A DNA stretch of 32,000 nt, taken from NCBI RefSeq assembly GCF_001457615.1, contig NZ_LN831024.1:4650001-4682000 (forward strand), in the 5' to 3' direction. The notes under the pieces were generated by a model. The model was not told the DNA's origin and did not search any database. It saw nothing but the letters and a program-made list of their open reading frames with translations. A program made the translations under genes and the position numbers. The DNA comes from Pseudomonas aeruginosa. Its GTDB lineage: Bacteria > Pseudomonadota > Gammaproteobacteria > Pseudomonadales > Pseudomonadaceae. Shown here one piece after another: positions 30,178 to 32,000 of this stretch (position 1 is the stretch's first letter; each line of letters opens with the position of its first letter).

Positions 30178-30853
30178 TCTCCACGCCCAGGGCCACCAGC
30201 GCGGCGGCCGCGGCCACCTGCTCGGCGATGCGGCGGCTGCCGCCGTGCCCGTGGGTCTTGTCGCTCAGCAGGGCCACTTCGCAATCGACGAAGAAGGTCC
30301 GGCAATGGGGTTCGCCCTGGATATCCACCACCTCGTAGCGCGGCAGGTCGCAGCCACGCGACTGCAGGAACTCCTGCAGGCGGGTCTTGGGGTCCTTGTT
30401 GGTGTCCACCGGGGTCAGCTCGCGCAGTTGCGGTCCGAGCCAGGCGATGATCCGCTCGCGCGCGGAGTCCATGCCGGTATCCAGGTAGATGGCGCCGATC
30501 AGGGCTTCCATCGCATCGGCGAGGATCGACTCGCGGCGGAACCCGCCGCTCTTCAGCTCGCCCGAGCCCAGCCGCAGGTAGTCGCCCACCTCGAAGCCGC
30601 GCGCCAGCAGGGCCAGGGTCTCGCCCTTGACCAGTCGCGCGCGCAGGCGCGAAAGCTGGCCTTCGCGAGCCTGCGGGAAGTGGTGGAACAGCGCCTCGCC
30701 GATGACGAAGTTGAGAATGGCGTCACCGAGGAACTCCAGGCGCTCGTTGTTGCGCCCGGCGTAGCTGCGATGGGTCAGGGCCAGGACCATGAGGTCCCGG
30801 TCTTTGAAGGTATAGCCGAGCTTGCGCTCGAGTCGGTCCAGCGAATTACTCAC
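30164..30853 (-). CDS. rnc: Ribonuclease III (229 aa)
   Basis: RNase III signature [25 protein letters not shown] and C-terminal double-stranded RNA-binding domain. Confidence 0.98.
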   Translation of the reverse strand: MSNSLDRLERKLGYTFKDRDLMVLALTHRSYAGRNNERLEFLGDAILNFVIGEALFHHFPQAREGQLSRLRARLVKGETLALLARGFEVGDYLRLGSGELKSGGFRRESILADAMEALIGAIYLDTGMDSARERIIAWLGPQLRELTPVDTNKDPKTRLQEFLQSRGCDLPRYEVVDIQGEPHCRTFFVDCEVALLSDKTHGHGGSRRIAEQVAAAAALVALGVENGHD

Positions 30854-31227
30854 GGCATGCGTACACGGAATTCTTTGTCGAAGTGGACCACCAGGTCGAT
30901 GTTGCTGATCAGTGGCTCGCGTTTTTCATATTTCAGGTGCGCCCGGAATTGGTTGTCTTCCAGTTGCACCTCCAGGGCCTTCTCCAGGTCCAGGTTGCGG
31001 ATGCCGTTGATCTGCATCCCCTTGCCGACGTAGCTGTAGAACTCCGGCACGGAACGCACCTCGGCCGCCTTGTCGGTCTCCACGGAAGTGATCACCTTCT
31101 CCAGCGAGTAGTAATCCATGTAGTGCGGGATGATCTTGAACGCGGCGCTGGCGAAGAACGCCACCACGCCCAGCACCACCAGCCACCCCAGCAGGGACAT
31201 CCCCTTCTGCGAACGCGCGAACCTCAT
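30850..31227 (-). CDS. DUF4845-type membrane protein (125 aa from MRFARSQKG)
   Basis: One N-terminal hydrophobic helix in [42 protein letters not shown]. Between lepB and rnc, 4-nt overlap with rnc. The track start at 31278 is longer; an AGG-type RBS favours 31227. Confidence 0.85.
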   Translation of the reverse strand: MRFARSQKGMSLLGWLVVLGVVAFFASAAFKIIPHYMDYYSLEKVITSVETDKAAEVRSVPEFYSYVGKGMQINGIRNLDLEKALEVQLEDNQFRAHLKYEKREPLISNIDLVVHFDKEFRVRMP

Positions 31228-31313
31228 GTCGGACCTCATGTCAGTGTAGTTATTCCGTCCAGCGAGCGGTAACGCCATCGGGCAGGGCCCTGCGGCGGCG
31301 TTCGCGGAAGTGA

Positions 31314-31345
31314 AAGCGGGGCTGCCCTCGGGAGCAGCCCCGCTT
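31314..31345 (-). terminator. Strong hairpin between lepB and the DUF4845/rnc/era genes
   Basis: Perfect 12-bp inverted repeat AAGCGGGGCTGC (31314-31325) / GCAGCCCCGCTT (31334-31345) with only a short TTTC after it on the minus strand. Confidence 0.6.
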
Positions 31346-31395
31346 CGCGATTATTCAGCAGGAGCGCCCTTCCGCGTGGCGAACCTGCGCACAGG

Positions 31396-32000
31396 TCAGT
31401 GAATCACGCCGACCCGGGAGAAGTTCGGCAGGTTGCTCATCTTCGGATCGGGCCAGCTCATCCACACGGCGAAGGCCTTGCCGACGATATTGCGGTCCGG
31501 AACCATGCCCAGCAGATCCTTGGGGATCTTCGGATCGTTCCAGTAGCGGCTGTCGTTGGAGTTGTCGCGGTTGTCGCCCATCATGAAGTAGTGGCCGGCG
31601 GGAATGGTCCACTGGCGGTCGGGCTCGATGCGATAGCGGCTCATTTCCTTGCGGATCAGGTGCTCGGCCTGGCCCAGCTTCTCCTGGTACAGGGTCACGC
31701 TGCCCAGGGTGCCCGGTTCCTCGCCGACCAGTTTCTCCGCCACCAGCTCGCCGTTGACGTACAGGCGCTTTTCCTTGGTATAGCGCACGGTGTCGCCGGG
31801 CAGGCCGACCACGCGCTTGATGTAGTTGATGTTCGGTTCGCTGGGATAGCGGAACACCATGACATCGCCGCGCTGCGGGTCGCCGATCGGGATCACCTTG
31901 GTGTCCAGCACCGGCAGGCGGATACCGTAGGCGAACTTGTTGACCAGGATGAAATCGCCGACCTCGAGGGTAGGTTTCATCGACCCCGAGGGAATCTGGA
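31396..32000 (-). CDS. lepB: Signal peptidase I LepB, C-terminal part (5' end outside window)
   Basis: Frame open to the window edge: ...QIPSGSMKPTLEVGDFILVNKFAYGIRLP (catalytic Ser box), RGDVMVFRYP, RVVGLPGD, GHYFMMGDNRDNSNDSRYW. Confidence 0.98.
   Translation of the reverse strand, partial: QIPSGSMKPTLEVGDFILVNKFAYGIRLPVLDTKVIPIGDPQRGDVMVFRYPSEPNINYIKRVVGLPGDTVRYTKEKRLYVNGELVAEKLVGEEPGTLGSVTLYQEKLGQAEHLIRKEMSRYRIEPDRQWTIPAGHYFMMGDNRDNSNDSRYWNDPKIPKDLLGMVPDRNIVGKAFAVWMSWPDPKMSNLPNFSRVGVIH

Overview
The window is an ordinary core-type chromosomal segment, very GC-rich and tightly packed, whose protein sequences and gene order match Pseudomonas, most likely P. aeruginosa (inferred from memory, no search run). 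In order it contains: the end of prpF and all of prpD (2-methylcitrate cycle); an AraC-type regulator; a TauE/SafE-like permease; a ProY-like amino-acid permease; a small secreted ORF; a large divergent peptidoglycan glycosyltransferase/transpeptidase-like protein; an AAA ATPase; an SMR transporter and AzoR-type reductase pair; a LysR regulator; putP and putA; a TonB-dependent receptor with a Zur-box-like site; a PruR-like AraC regulator; a Lon-family protease with a sigma-32-like promoter; a chagasin-type peptidase inhibitor; a solute-binding-like protein; a small lipoprotein; cmoA and cmoB; pdxJ, recO, era and rnc; a DUF4845-type protein; and a truncated lepB. I found no prophage, transposon, CRISPR array, tRNA/rRNA, or clear new defence or biosynthetic system. 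The best leads are the heat-shock-type promoter before the second Lon-like protease, the divergent class A PBP-like protein, the Zur-box-like palindrome, a palindrome touching the LysR start codon, and a pilin-like N-terminus on the DUF4845 protein.
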